Assembly (NCBI GenBank): GCA_937625935.1
Contig: OW569354.1
Location: forward strand, 434,001-498,000
DNA from: Tetramitus jugosus
Lineage: Eukaryota > Protista > Heterolobosea
DNA: 64,000 bases
Direction of reading: 5' to 3'
The notes under the pieces were generated by a model that was not told the DNA's origin, did no database searches, and worked only from the letters and a program-made list of their open reading frames with translations. The position numbers were made by a program, and so were the translations under genes. Shown here one piece after another: positions 18,885 to 31,173 of the stretch (the first letter of the stretch is position 1; each line of letters opens with the position of its first letter).

Positions 18885-21800
18885 TTATTCTGAAGGCTTA
18901 TTGACCTTTGTTACGTTTTGTTGCTTCTTTTTCTCGCGACGAGTTGGTGCTTTTTCCTTCTTTGGCTGCTTTGGTTGCTTTGGTTGCTGTGGTTGCTGGG
19001 ACTGCTGCGGCTGGGGCTGCTGTGGTTGTTGCTCTTGTTGTTTCTTTTGTTTCTTGGGTGGTCTGGGTTGTCTGTTGTTTGTCCTTGGTTCTTTTTGAAC
19101 TTGTGATGGGACAAACACGGTGTTAGGAGGCTGTCTGAAGTGTTGCTTTCTTTTGGCGACCTCATCCTTCTTCACTCGTATCACCTGTTCAGTCAAGATT
19201 GATCGTGAGAGTCGTGTGAAAGTCGTGGACAGTCGGACAATGGTTGTTACAAATTGATCTCTCGTATTTCCGCTGCTGAGTAGCTCCAATGACACCATTA
19301 TCTTTCTTAAATCAGCATCGAACTGTCTCAAATTCTGTTCCAACTCGACAGCATCCATCATTGATTTGTCCATCAAGTCATTCAGAGTTGTCACATCCTG
19401 ATTAAACATGAGCAAATACGCATAGGCATTCAATTTGTCCTTGTTGAATGCAAACGGTATTATTCCAGAGTCAATGTGAATATCTTGACGCAGAGAAGCT
19501 TCCATGGAAGTCATTGCCTCGGGTGAAATGTGAGTGCAATCGCGAGATAGGGTAGTGAACACAGAGCAAGGAGATGGCGAAGCCACCCCAGATAGATTCA
19601 ACCGGATCGACTCCTCAGAACTCATCTTTCTATTCGCAAACGAAATCTTTGAAATTGGCAAAGTGTTGTCGAGACACTTTGCTTCTTCATCCATGTGATG
19701 CTGAGCATAGATATTGATGTATGTTGAGAATGTTCTCGAAAGGGTATTATTGAACTCAATTCTACCTAATTCGAAGCGGAGAGGAAGTGAAGGAAGGATC
19801 TGAACTCCCTTGCCCTTGGCCATAATGCTACAATGCTTAATAATATGACAGATGACAAGGAATATGATTCTCTCTGCTTCTTCTTGCTTGTGTTCAGCTA
19901 GAACTTCATGGAACAATCCCTTACGGAGGAAGTACATGAACAAAAAGTTGAGAGGTTCAATGTAGAATAGGTGAGTGGTGAGGCCAGTGAATTGCAATAG
20001 TCTTCCCTCATTGTCAATATAGTCTTGACGACGAAGAAATTCAACCGAGAATCTGAATTGATGCCTGACGAGCTGTTTGGTTAGAGGTAAAGATTTACCA
20101 TGAGCGAATAGTGGTTGATTCAGGAGTCGCATTAAATTGTCTACTGCACTACTCACGAGTGCCTGTCGTTGATTTGGTGGTAATTGCTTGTGCTCACAAT
20201 ATTGAATCGTGTCTCTGTACAGCACCAACATTCTTAAGATGAAACTTGTAGATATGCTCATGTCTCCCAGAATGTCTGGTGCCTTGGTACAGAGTAATCG
20301 CTGTACTCTGGCTTCTGGCAAACCAAAGAGAATAATCTTTCCTCTCGCATCAAAGCCTCTTCTACCAGAACGACCCGAGCACTGATGGAAGATCAGACTG
20401 TTCAAATAAATGGAATCACCAGCCATTACAACTGATCTAGCTGGCATGTGAATACCTGTAGCAAGGGTACCAGTCGCAAAACAAACTTTAAGACAACCCT
20501 TTCTAAACAATCTTTCAATTTCCTTCAAGTAATTGGCAGACAATCCTCCGTGATGCGTAGCAATACCAAACTTTAGACCATTCAACACCTCGGGTGGAAC
20601 CTTACATCTCGATGCGATTAACTGGTCATAAGTCTTATTCAATTCCTCTTCCTGTTGAGCTGTTAATTTCCAGAATGGCTTCTTCCTTGCTGCTCCAAGT
20701 GCCACAGAGGCATAGGTATTGCACACACGTCTGCTAAAAACAAACATGATTGTTGGTAAAAGGTTCTCCTCTTCCATCTTGAAAATTAAACTTATGAGGT
20801 TATCTCTCACGAATATGGGTGTGCCAAAGTCGCGATTGGTTTTGCTCCACAATCTTTGGTAGGCATCATTGACATTCTTTCCAATGTCAGATATCAAGGA
20901 AATAACTCCAGATCGCACTTCGTCATTATTTTCAGAATATACACGCCAAATAGTATCAGTAATCATTTTCTGATAGGATCGTACTTCTTCTCTTGTGATC
21001 AATCGAGCCTCAGTGAATACTCTTGCAGGCACTATTTCAGCAAACGCTTCTTGGAGCTTTGTGCATGTGCTTTGTAAAGCACGAGCTACAAGTAACAAGC
21101 ACTGCTGACTTGTCATTGCTGGTATTCTTTCAAGATTAATCTTGGTTAATGGAAGAAGCACTGAAGAAAGCGGATGCACCTCATGCAGAGCTGAACCACG
21201 ATTCGGCTCGTATAACATGTAGAGCAAGTCTCTAGGTCTTGTTTTGTGCAATACTAGATTGACCTTTGGTGTATCAGGCTTCTCCAATACGGTCAACCAT
21301 TCATGGAACTCAGATGGATTTCCAATAGTGGCAGACAGAGCCAAAAATGGGCACTTGATCAATAACAGTAAATGTTCCCAGACTCCTCCCGTTCCCCTTT
21401 CGTTGATGCAGTGAACTTCATCAAAAATGACATACTTAAGTTTCTTTGACCATTCGTGTGCCTGAGCAGACAACAGCATAATTTCCAAGCATGAGGGAAC
21501 TGTGACTAACACTTGACACTTGGTGGGATGGATTTGATCGTCAGCTGTGAACATACCAACCATGTTCATGGTGGATGGCAATGATTTAGTAAATCGACTG
21601 CAAACTTCAGCATATGTTTGATTAACCAAGGCTTTGGAAGGACAAACAAATACAACAACGCCATCGTTAGATTCTCTTAGCACTCGTTCAATACAGTAGA
21701 AAGCAATGAATGTCTTTCCTGAACTTGTCGGAGCACTGACAAGAACAGACTCGTTTCTGTTTACCATGTCAATCAAGTCCCACTGCCAAGGATCAGGCTT

Positions 21801-24275
21801 GAAGCCCAGATCTTGACTCAATGGACGAGTCGAACTTCTGTTAATAGCGCTTATGTCCAGAATAGTATTATCATCATCATCAAACATGCTGTGTGTCAGC
21901 TGGAATCTAGCCACATCTGTGATTTGTGCCACTGATTCGCTAGTCACACAATGATACTTGTGTTCTTTTGATTGACCAGCCAATCTCGTCGCATATTCGG
22001 TAAAACCTATTTCGCAGAGTAGGAAGAACAAGTATTGTTTTCTTGGTATCACAAACTGCATGTCCAATCCATCAATAAATTGAATCATCTGATTCAAAAA
22101 GGTGAGAGTAACATTACACGAATGAAACAATCTCCAGGTACGATCTTTGTCTACGCTAGTTTCTCTGATAAGTTTTGTTTTCTGGATCAGCAGTCTTGCA
22201 ATTAGCTTTTCGCAAGGAACACTCTCAAGTAATCTTGATAATATTGTAATCGTGTTGTCAATATCTGTCAGTGAAAATTCATTTTCGCCTCCGCCTGATA
22301 AAAATTGCTCTACCTTTAAAACAGTATGTACGGCTCGCTTGTAAAAAGCTTGATGATATTTCTTGCCATAAACTTCTTTCTCAACCACAATTGTTTTTCT
22401 TACACTGACCGACCTCAATGATTGAGCGTACTGGTTTAGTTGTCTCTCAGCAATTTCAGCATCTCTCTTTTGCTTTTCAGACATTGGAAGAAAATCAGAC
22501 TCTAGCAACCTTGTACTATGCCAGTGGTACTTTTCATAAAATATCTCTTTCTCAAACTTTGTTTTGTTTTCGTCCTCCAATACCTGGGAAATGTCTTCCG
22601 CACTGTACTCATACTTACGAAAAGTGTCAACTAATTCCTTGCCCAGAACACTGTCTACAAATGAGTCTCGAATTGGATAAAGATGATCAATAATCTGCTT
22701 GTCGATCACAGCTGGAAGAGACATTTTACGGTAACTCATCCACATATTATGTTCGCTCAACGCACTCAATTCATTTACATCATCAGACAACAAAGATGTC
22801 ATCAATGAATACACTTCTCTTAATTCAGATAACATAAACGGTTGTCGATCAGTGTTGTCATCAGTAATATTTCGCACGTACATATCAGTGAGATAGTACA
22901 ACAAATTTTCATCAATCAAATCCATTAATGAAGGCGCATGTTGAATCACGAGGCTTGATCCATCATTTGTAAATATGACACTATCTATCACTCGGTACAG
23001 TTTCATCACATAATTGGTTACATTTGAATAGATATCAACTTGTTTGCGACATATTTCGGTTCTCTGATCGAGTGATAACTTTGACTGGACGAGAAGTGTG
23101 GCGATAATAAGTTTTTGAATTCGATTGATGATGGATGGCGAATCACCAATATCAGGTTCGACCAAATGGTTCATGCAGTGCAATACGAGAGATATCTTGT
23201 ATAAATCGTCTTGAAGAATATCGCCCATGCTCTGCAAGCTCCCTGGAATAAATTTCTCATACGGAGTGTACGATATACTTGATTTTGGATACAGAATATC
23301 CTCCGCAGCTATCAGAGCCTTCTTTAAAAGTTTTCCATCTCTCTGCAAGTCTCTCCATTTGCGTCGTCCTCCCTTATTGTCCCCATTTTCTTCCACTTTG
23401 ACATTCCAACCATAGGCAAACAACGTGTTCACAGTAAAGCGAATACCTTCTAGCGACACATACTGACAATCAATCTTCAAATTCATAATTCTTCTCAGTG
23501 AATGCATCATAAACGCATCCATCAACAGTGAATGCTCCCCTGGTGCACAAGCTAGCAAACAACTCGGCGCATCTTCCTTGAAAAAATCCACAAACGGTGA
23601 TGCCCACCAATTATCAAACAACGTTACTTTCAATTTCATCTTCAAAAAATGTTGAATCGTTAGCTTTCGCACCAAACCAATACCCTGATGCCTCACAATC
23701 GGACTCGACCAAACTTTTTGACTCATTGGATCGACATTTGAAAAACTTTGATCGTACCACGCGGATCGCATGCACTCAAACGCCACAAGACTCAAATTGA
23801 CACCTCGATCCACCAATTTCCCCACAAATCTCTCCAATAAAAACGTATATTGTAACCAATCGAATCCAACGTATCGATCATCTTCATTTTCCTTATCATT
23901 CTTATTTACACCACTCTTGCTATTGTTTTCCTTCTTAGAAGATGAATCATTGTAATTCATTTCAACCATTTGTCTCAACAAGTAAAACATGAGAGAATCA
24001 CATTCAATAATAGCAGAGTCCTGTGCAAGTGCATCTTGCAAAACATCCATGGTTCTGCATCTGGACGTGGAAGACAACAATTCTGTCCATTGTCCAATCG
24101 TTTGACAGAATAGAGCATTCAATGAAGGCTTTAACTGTACTTGAATGCTCTTTTTTTTCATGAGATGATATTGGTGGTGATATGAATTCGATGGTGCTTT
24201 TGCACTCAGAGTCAAATCGTTGAAGATGACTCGGATCATTGGTTGTTGATCTTGTAGTTGTTGTTGACTTGTCAT
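18885..24275 (-). CDS. DDX60-like Ski2-family DExH RNA helicase
   Basis: PDPWQ, APTSSGKTFI, DEVH, FLALSATIGNP, HHGGL, ATGTLATGIHMPARSV, GRSGRRGFD; long N-terminal region with YHWHS as in DDX60. Confidence 0.88.
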   Translation of the reverse strand: MTSQQQLQDQQPMIRVIFNDLTLSAKAPSNSYHHQYHLMKKKSIQVQLKPSLNALFCQTIGQWTELLSSTSRCRTMDVLQDALAQDSAIIECDSLMFYLLRQMVEMNYNDSSSKKENNSKSGVNKNDKENEDDRYVGFDWLQYTFLLERFVGKLVDRGVNLSLVAFECMRSAWYDQSFSNVDPMSQKVWSSPIVRHQGIGLVRKLTIQHFLKMKLKVTLFDNWWASPFVDFFKEDAPSCLLACAPGEHSLLMDAFMMHSLRRIMNLKIDCQYVSLEGIRFTVNTLFAYGWNVKVEENGDNKGGRRKWRDLQRDGKLLKKALIAAEDILYPKSSISYTPYEKFIPGSLQSMGDILQDDLYKISLVLHCMNHLVEPDIGDSPSIINRIQKLIIATLLVQSKLSLDQRTEICRKQVDIYSNVTNYVMKLYRVIDSVIFTNDGSSLVIQHAPSLMDLIDENLLYYLTDMYVRNITDDNTDRQPFMLSELREVYSLMTSLLSDDVNELSALSEHNMWMSYRKMSLPAVIDKQIIDHLYPIRDSFVDSVLGKELVDTFRKYEYSAEDISQVLEDENKTKFEKEIFYEKYHWHSTRLLESDFLPMSEKQKRDAEIAERQLNQYAQSLRSVSVRKTIVVEKEVYGKKYHQAFYKRAVHTVLKVEQFLSGGGENEFSLTDIDNTITILSRLLESVPCEKLIARLLIQKTKLIRETSVDKDRTWRLFHSCNVTLTFLNQMIQFIDGLDMQFVIPRKQYLFFLLCEIGFTEYATRLAGQSKEHKYHCVTSESVAQITDVARFQLTHSMFDDDDNTILDISAINRSSTRPLSQDLGFKPDPWQWDLIDMVNRNESVLVSAPTSSGKTFIAFYCIERVLRESNDGVVVFVCPSKALVNQTYAEVCSRFTKSLPSTMNMVGMFTADDQIHPTKCQVLVTVPSCLEIMLLSAQAHEWSKKLKYVIFDEVHCINERGTGGVWEHLLLLIKCPFLALSATIGNPSEFHEWLTVLEKPDTPKVNLVLHKTRPRDLLYMLYEPNRGSALHEVHPLSSVLLPLTKINLERIPAMTSQQCLLLVARALQSTCTKLQEAFAEIVPARVFTEARLITREEVRSYQKMITDTIWRVYSENNDEVRSGVISLISDIGKNVNDAYQRLWSKTNRDFGTPIFVRDNLISLIFKMEEENLLPTIMFVFSRRVCNTYASVALGAARKKPFWKLTAQQEEELNKTYDQLIASRCKVPPEVLNGLKFGIATHHGGLSANYLKEIERLFRKGCLKVCFATGTLATGIHMPARSVVMAGDSIYLNSLIFHQCSGRSGRRGFDARGKIILFGLPEARVQRLLCTKAPDILGDMSISTSFILRMLVLYRDTIQYCEHKQLPPNQRQALVSSAVDNLMRLLNQPLFAHGKSLPLTKQLVRHQFRFSVEFLRRQDYIDNEGRLLQFTGLTTHLFYIEPLNFLFMYFLRKGLFHEVLAEHKQEEAERIIFLVICHIIKHCSIMAKGKGVQILPSLPLRFELGRIEFNNTLSRTFSTYINIYAQHHMDEEAKCLDNTLPISKISFANRKMSSEESIRLNLSGVASPSPCSVFTTLSRDCTHISPEAMTSMEASLRQDIHIDSGIIPFAFNKDKLNAYAYLLMFNQDVTTLNDLMDKSMMDAVELEQNLRQFDADLRKIMVSLELLSSGNTRDQFVTTIVRLSTTFTRLSRSILTEQVIRVKKDEVAKRKQHFRQPPNTVFVPSQVQKEPRTNNRQPRPPKKQKKQQEQQPQQPQPQQSQQPQQPKQPKQPKKEKAPTRREKKKQQNVTKVNKPSE

Positions 24276-24616
24276 TTTAATTAATAGACGGAATAAATAG
24301 TATGTTTGGTTTTTTTGTTGTTTGGAGAGCACTTCTTCCTTGTGATGGCCGAAGTGAAGAGAAAAGTTCGAAGGGGTGTGGAGAAATTAATTGTTTTTGA
24401 AGGAAGGTTGCATGCCGAGATTGATTCGTGTGAAGAAACCAAATCTCGTCCAGAAATAGACAAAGTCCGCTGTCCTTGAAGGATTTTGTCAGAGTTCAAA
24501 AATGTATGGTAAAAGCTTCTCGATCTCCCCAGAACCAGGTCAGATTTAGTCAGGAAACATTTTCAGATTGGTAGAGAGTCCAAATCAAACAGAGAGAAAC
24601 AAAAGAAGTAAGATCG

Positions 24617-25315
24617 ATGATCGAACGAGCAACCCAAGATCCTTGCGTTGAACAGGAGCTGGATACTGATACACCGACTGGGAAATTGTCAGAACACATG
24701 ACCGTCAGGCGATTCGAGGAGAGGCAGCGAAATGAACTTGTTCATGCACCGAAACGACACTCTACTCTGCCACCTGTCCATGTATCATTCTCAAGGAATA
24801 TGAAGCAGCACAGTCCCGCTCGCTTTTCGTATCCTCAAACCATTACAACAGGTCAAACATTCCGACCATGTTACTATTGTAGCAGCACGGGCAGCAGTCA
24901 AACGAATACATACGAGAGTGAAGATGATGAGGAATTGGAAGATGACGAGTCTGATGATGATTTTTCGTATTTGGAGAGAAGACAAAGTGTCTCAGCTCTA
25001 TCGGAACATGTTCGAGAATTAAATGATACAACAGACATGAATTTCGCGTCAAACAATGAAAACCTAACACATCCCGACAATAATGATACATCTGGAACAA
25101 CAGAGATAATTCCTGCTCCAGGTGAAGTTCCTGATCTCTCAGATGATGACCATCATCCCAGTAGATCGAAAAAGAAGAAGAGATATCGCAAGGTTCAACA
25201 ATTAATCTCCTACCAACGTATCAAAGCAAGCACCTTGTCCTTTTCAGAAAAATTGAAATCGATACCCAAGCATACGAAATCGACTAAACAACACAACGTT
25301 AATAATAAACTATAA
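24617..25315 (+). CDS. Hypothetical low-complexity protein
   Basis: 232-aa ORF with acidic and basic tracts; no recognisable domain. Confidence 0.5.
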   Translation: MIERATQDPCVEQELDTDTPTGKLSEHMTVRRFEERQRNELVHAPKRHSTLPPVHVSFSRNMKQHSPARFSYPQTITTGQTFRPCYYCSSTGSSQTNTYESEDDEELEDDESDDDFSYLERRQSVSALSEHVRELNDTTDMNFASNNENLTHPDNNDTSGTTEIIPAPGEVPDLSDDDHHPSRSKKKKRYRKVQQLISYQRIKASTLSFSEKLKSIPKHTKSTKQHNVNNKL

Positions 25316-25418
25316 ATATTTGTATTTCACATTGTGACAAATGCATGATTGCGTATGACCATTGTTCATAGGCCTATCAAAACAATAGGTGTGTTGCAAC
25401 TCCTACTTTCCTTCTCGT

Positions 25419-26621
25419 TTACACGTACTTTGTGAAAAAGTCAACCATGCGCTTCTTGTAATCCTCTGTTTCTGTCAGCATCACAGTTGCATGATTCCTA
25501 CATTTCTTCAGGCGACTATTGCTCGTAAAGTGATATTCTACAATCGTTTGATTACTCTCATTTGCATTTGGATCGAATGGAATACCGTTGGCTTCCTGTG
25601 CACCCAGCAAGCAATCCCTCGAATTAGAAATAGGAACAACAGAGTCATGTACATTGTGCTCAAAAAACACTGGTCGTCCAACGAGTTTCTTCGCACTCTT
25701 GAGTGGATCATTGTGGAATGGAGCGCAACCCTTGGCGTTACCATGTTGTATACAACCACCCTTTGACATGCTGCGTGCCAATGGACCGAGAGACGCCTTC
25801 AATCCATGAACAATCGTATCAAATGTGTTACAGATTGGACTGTCGACATAAAGAGCTTTGAACAGTGGCTCACGCTCATAAGCAATGAGAGCTGCAGAAG
25901 CACCCATGCCAACACCAAACAGAACCAATCGCTTCTCAACCGACTCATTACCACCATACACATCGTTCAAATAGTCAACAGCACCCAAAATATCCCTAAA
26001 CTCATCGTCACCAAACCTGACATACGGATTCGATGACTCAAAGTACGACTCACCATGATTTCTCAAATCCAACAACATGACATTGAAACCACTGTGGAAG
26101 AGCATCGAAGCAGGTAAAAGAGCTTGATGCTGTCTCTTACAACCACGCATATCATGCACCACAATAGCCGTTGGTAAACTTGTAAAGTTATCCCGACTGA
26201 GTAACCAGGCGTCCAATACACCGCCCTTTGAATTTCGCGCCAAAAAGTTGATCGACCAGACCTGAGATTCAAACGTTTCATTCAAGTGATACTGAGACAC
26301 ATTAAATGTATTGACTCCGTTGGAGGAGAAGACAGAAGAGCACTCACGATCCTCAATCGCATGATTCTGACGGTTCATCTCATAAAACGCAACACTAAAA
26401 TTGAAGGGTGTCTGATATTGATTGACATTGTCTGACGAGTAACAAAGATTGTCTGTTGCATGTGTCTCATAGATTCGATTATAAATGATGGGTGTAATGC
26501 CGTTCCAGAGTCCAATGGGCAAACCGACAGAAACAATGGAAACGACAGTCATGATGACAGCCACGATACCGATCACTACAAACTCGTGGGGATGAACACT
26601 GCTGAACCATGCAAAAACCAT
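25419..26621 (-). CDS. Alpha/beta-hydrolase-fold protein, probably catalytically inactive
   Basis: GFNVMLLDLRNHGES, DILGAVDYL; nucleophile elbow reads GVGMG; DSVVP and C-terminal His present; N-terminal TM. Confidence 0.85.
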   Translation of the reverse strand: MVFAWFSSVHPHEFVVIGIVAVIMTVVSIVSVGLPIGLWNGITPIIYNRIYETHATDNLCYSSDNVNQYQTPFNFSVAFYEMNRQNHAIEDRECSSVFSSNGVNTFNVSQYHLNETFESQVWSINFLARNSKGGVLDAWLLSRDNFTSLPTAIVVHDMRGCKRQHQALLPASMLFHSGFNVMLLDLRNHGESYFESSNPYVRFGDDEFRDILGAVDYLNDVYGGNESVEKRLVLFGVGMGASAALIAYEREPLFKALYVDSPICNTFDTIVHGLKASLGPLARSMSKGGCIQHGNAKGCAPFHNDPLKSAKKLVGRPVFFEHNVHDSVVPISNSRDCLLGAQEANGIPFDPNANESNQTIVEYHFTSNSRLKKCRNHATVMLTETEDYKKRMVDFFTKYV

Positions 26622-26801
26622 TTTCGATTGATAATATCACAATGATGAAAGTTCGGGAGACTGGTGATGCTGAATTTTTTGTTTGTGACGGGTGGTTCTG
26701 TTGTTTTCTGAATCGAAATGAAGAAGAAATGCAGAACAAACACAAGAGTTCTGTCCGTGTTCTGTGATGTCATAATTTCGACCTGCAAAACAAGAAAATG
26801 T

Positions 26802-26873
26802 AGGCTCAACCGAGAATCGAACTCGGGACCCCCAGTTTACAAGACTGGTGCACTACCGCTGTGCTATTGAGCC
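26802..26873 (-). tRNA. tRNA-Thr(TGT)
   Basis: GGCTCAA/TTGAGCC acceptor stem, CCAGT-CTTGTAA-ACTGG anticodon arm, GTTCGATTC T-loop. Confidence 0.95.
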
Positions 26874-27244
26874 CTTGTTTTGTTCCTAAATTACAACATT
26901 CTTGAGCGATATATTTCCGATAATTTTTGACGTTTGATGTGAACTGTCAGGGGATCGTAGAACGCTTATTTTAGCCATAGGATACCGCGGCAAATGTGCA
27001 TCCCACACGTCAATTAACAGGCACCAAACAAGCGTAAACCAACATCCTTTGGTTGTCACAAAAAACCCCTTGCACGAACCAAATCACCAAAAAATAACGT
27101 CACCCAACGCCGTACCAACATCAACAACTACATCCATCTACTCCAACAAAACGACCACCTACTGACCTCCACACAACAAAAAAACAGATATCTTGACCTC
27201 TCTTCACACAAACAAAACACACAGGGTTAGACAAATCACCAAAC

Positions 27245-30200
27245 ATGAACAATAACAACAACAATAACAAGGAACAAAAATCGTTTCATCATTCCATACA
27301 GGAGATTGGACGGTTGTACGCTGCAAAACGAGAACTTCTTGAAACAACATTTCCAGAGCTCTTCTCCAGTGAGCACACATGGAAACAACACACGGAACAA
27401 TGGTCGAAACTGTATGAGGAAATTTTTGCGGGGGTAACAGAAACTGCGGGAGAAGATGGGAGCGGAGTAACAGCTCCGTCACAATCAACCAACAACAAGG
27501 GCGGCGCCAACGGACAAAATTTACAGAGTCATTGGCGCCATAATTTTACAAATAAGCCAGAGACCGTGTTGGTTCAATGGGAGAGGCACGTGGCGCTCCT
27601 GTGTGAAAAATTGGAATATTTTATAGCTGAGAAAAAGGAAGTCAGTGTTTTGAACTCGACAAAGTATATCAATGATGTATATTCTGTATATTACTCTATT
27701 CAATCGTATGTATATATTCATTCACATGCACACATAGATCTGTCAGTTGTTTGTGGTTGTTGTCTTGAACGTTTGTCTGACTCAACAAATTTTTTTTCTC
27801 ATAAAACGTCATACGAACGAATAGCTTATTGTCGCCCAATGAAACAAAACAGTGGTTATTAGATCAGTTGAAACCTGAAGCGAAGCAATTGTGGAACATT
27901 GTAACATTACAGCAAAAAGAGAGAAGAGACAAACAAGCAGAGCACCAACAAGAAATCCTAAAGGACTATCGGGACACTGATTTGCCTATTGTGAACGAGA
28001 TGACGTCAGGTGAAGGTAGCTACGATCCAGATATGACATGTGATTGGTATCACTTTTCAGTCACACTGGAGAACACTCTATTGGAGTGCAAGACTCAAAT
28101 GAACATGCACATGAATCCATATATCCATGTAGAACAAGTTCAATTCAAGTACGATTCGAAATACATGTTGCTTGCACGGTATTTTTTGATGAGTCATAGC
28201 ATGGAACTGTTTCAGAGCCAAAAAATGCCTGTAACGGTCGATAATATTGCATCCATGAGATACACGAGGTTCAATTTGTTTGATTGTCAGTATGAAGTGA
28301 TTCATTTGAGAGATTTGATTGCATTTACGAGAAGAAATGATTTGCTCATGAGTTTTGCAGACATGTTACTCACAGAGGCAAAAGGTATTTATACTTATCC
28401 TTGTTTTCAGATCGTGTTTCTCTCTCATGGTATTGTCATTTACTAACCAAGATGTTGTGTACGTGTCATTTTGAACAGAAATTCAATCCAAAAACGAAAA
28501 AACAAAGCAGTTTTACGTTCATTTGAACAAGGCTTCATTGGAGTTGTGCTATGCACAAAAGAGCTTATTTTGGACCGAGTTTCGGAGGTTGTTCTTCTTT
28601 GTCAACAAGGAAATCACTTCCATACCTGATGATTCGACTCAGAGGAACATTATCCGAACAAATGCACTGAGAAAGGCAGCTAAGAAATATCACTTTGATA
28701 TCATGTGGACATCGGATCCAGAGCGATATCAGTATGAGAAGAGACTTCAGGCCATCTTGACAGAAAACAAAGTTCTCGTCAAAAACTTTTCATTCGATGC
28801 CAAGGTTGTGAAGGAGTTGGTAGGAACAGACAAGTTGGAAGAGTTTCCTGCAATGCTCTTAACAAACAACCATCAATCGTTTGAGCCAGGTGTTTTGGTG
28901 TTTGCTGATATGAATATTCATTTTGTGTCCTTTATGCACAACAAGGAAGCAAGAACCAACATCAGTGTGTCATACTCGCAGATTTTGAACGTGGACTTTT
29001 TCAACGCATCGAGTTACTCGCCTTCGAATGTCGTTGTGTTGAAAAAGGATGGAGAACAACTTCATTTCTTTAGTGTGATGAACATTCCAATATGCTCCAC
29101 AATTGTGCTACGGAAAGCAAAGGAAGCGGAATATATGATCAAAAAGACTGGTGAGACTGGAGTGATCAAGGATGGAATGATGACAAAGCAGGGTAATTCT
29201 GTGAAGACATGGAAGGAGCGATTTTTCGTACTGTATCCAGATCGGTTGATATACAAGAAGGATCAAGCGTCCACCAAGGAGATGGGCCAAATCCCACTCA
29301 AGAATGTTTTGGGCATCGAGAAGGATGTCTTCAACAAGGACACATTTGCATTTAATGTATTGACCGTGAACCGACGATATATATTGCACTGTCAGAGTTC
29401 GAGAGAACAGAGTCAATGGGTCGCAGCGCTACAAACAACATTGAAGCGACAAAATCTTCTGTATCCATTCGTCCATGTGACAGTGGGTAAGAGGAACTTT
29501 AGAGGCAAGTTCCAGAAGAGAGTACTGCAGTTTGATTTTCTGAACAAGAGAATCAATAATTTGAAGGCAGATGCAGTGAAAAAGATGCATCCATTTGCCA
29601 ACGTTGTCTCTAGTACTTTAGACAAGAAGGACAAGTGTCATATTATGATTAATTTCCAGAATCAACCAAAAACAGAGTACGATATCTTTACGCTACTCCC
29701 AGAGCACGCAAACCTGATCGAGAGTCTTTGCTCTCTGGTCAGCAAGAATCCATCCATATCTGTGAAGGAAGTATATGCCCACACGAGCGGTTTATTGGAA
29801 AAATCTGGCTTTGCATATGAGAAATCGAAAAAGAAGCGACCAGTTTTTGCTCTTGCTTCAGCTGTCTCATTAGATACTGCTGTGAAGCGTTGGCTAATTC
29901 TTCAAGCAGGTCAAATTGTTGTATATAATGGCTCATGTGATGGATATCCACTATATTGTCTATCTCTTCATGATTGCACAGTCTCTGGTGGTCAAAGCAA
30001 CAAGGAGGAGATGATTATTTCGCTGAAGGACGGATCACTGAAGAAATTCGAGTTTAGTTCTGTACAGGAGTGCGAAGAGTGGGTAAAATTGTGTCGTAGA
30101 TACTCAATGGAGAGAACCAACGATGAATTCTTTGCTGAGCGAGAAACTATCGTTCTAAAGAGAGATTCTGTGGCTAGTCCTGTAACAGAAGAGGAAGAGT

Positions 30201-31042
30201 TCCCAACAGAGAGCTCCTCTCCTTCATCATCGAGTCTTGTTCTTCACAAGGCATCAACTGATAGAAGAAGAACGATATCTTCTCATGTTGCTTTGCCGAA
30301 GACGATTGGAAGCCGTCTATCCTTGATCCACTCTGGTTCATCTGGCGACATTTCATCCCTGACAGCAAGGCCCAACCTAGTACTAGAAAAAGTGAACATC
30401 ACCAAGGAGAATCCAGTCACTAAACTTGTCCCAGTTGACCAACAAGAGGAATATGATGACGAAGATAGTGATTCTGAATCTGAATCCTCAGAAGAGGAAG
30501 AGGAAGAAGATGAAGACGAAGAGGAGGATGAACCAATCATGGCCTCATTTGACATTCAACCTGCAGCAGAGGAAACTGTCAATGGTGATGATGGTGCCGA
30601 TGAAGAAGAGGAAGAGGATGAAGATTTTGGCGAAATTGTCATGGAAATTACGAATTTTACATCATCAGAACAATTAGGAGGAGAGTTACTTGCTGAAACA
30701 ACGAAACAGTTTGAAGCTCTGCAAGGTTTGCACAACATGCATAGAATCCTGCCAAAGGGCGAAATGCAAGAAAGAGAAATGAGACTAACGTTAGATCTGA
30801 CTGCTCTCGAATGGCGATTACACAAAGCAGCCACATTCAATCGAATTCTACTGGTGGATATTATAGATGTATATGCAGGAATTCCTCAACGTGTCGACGA
30901 AAACGTTGATGAACCAATCACTCCTAACCTCGACCGTACATTTACGATCGCCACCCACAACAACTTTGAAATTCTCTGCTGTGAAAAAGCAGAAGTGAGA
31001 GACTTGTTCGTTCTGGTGCTCAAGCGACTCGCTTTGTATTAA
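27245..31042 (+). CDS. Multi-PH-domain protein (exons 27245-27705, 27825-28384, 28479-31042)
   Basis: PH motif KDGMMTKQGNSVKTWKERFFVL...WVAAL plus further PH/GRAM-like units. GT-AG introns join three ORFs in frame; TACTAAC branch point at 28441. Confidence 0.85.
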
Positions 31043-31173
31043 AACAACCATTTATTCTTGCAAGTGTCACAACTTGACATGTGTGATCCCAGTTCCTGTA
31101 ATATATTTCACCGACTCTTCTTGTTGGAGCACAATCAGAGCGGCAAAACAAACAAAGTCAAATCGAAGAAACA

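Noticed and set aside
18940-19060. Short tandem repeats and antisense ORFs at the helicase 3' end
   Set aside because: Explained by a Q/P/K low-complexity coding tail; not a CRISPR-like array.
26874-27000. Possible retroelement upstream of tRNA-Thr
   Set aside because: No poly(A) tail, TSD or similarity to the 4924-5806 element seen.
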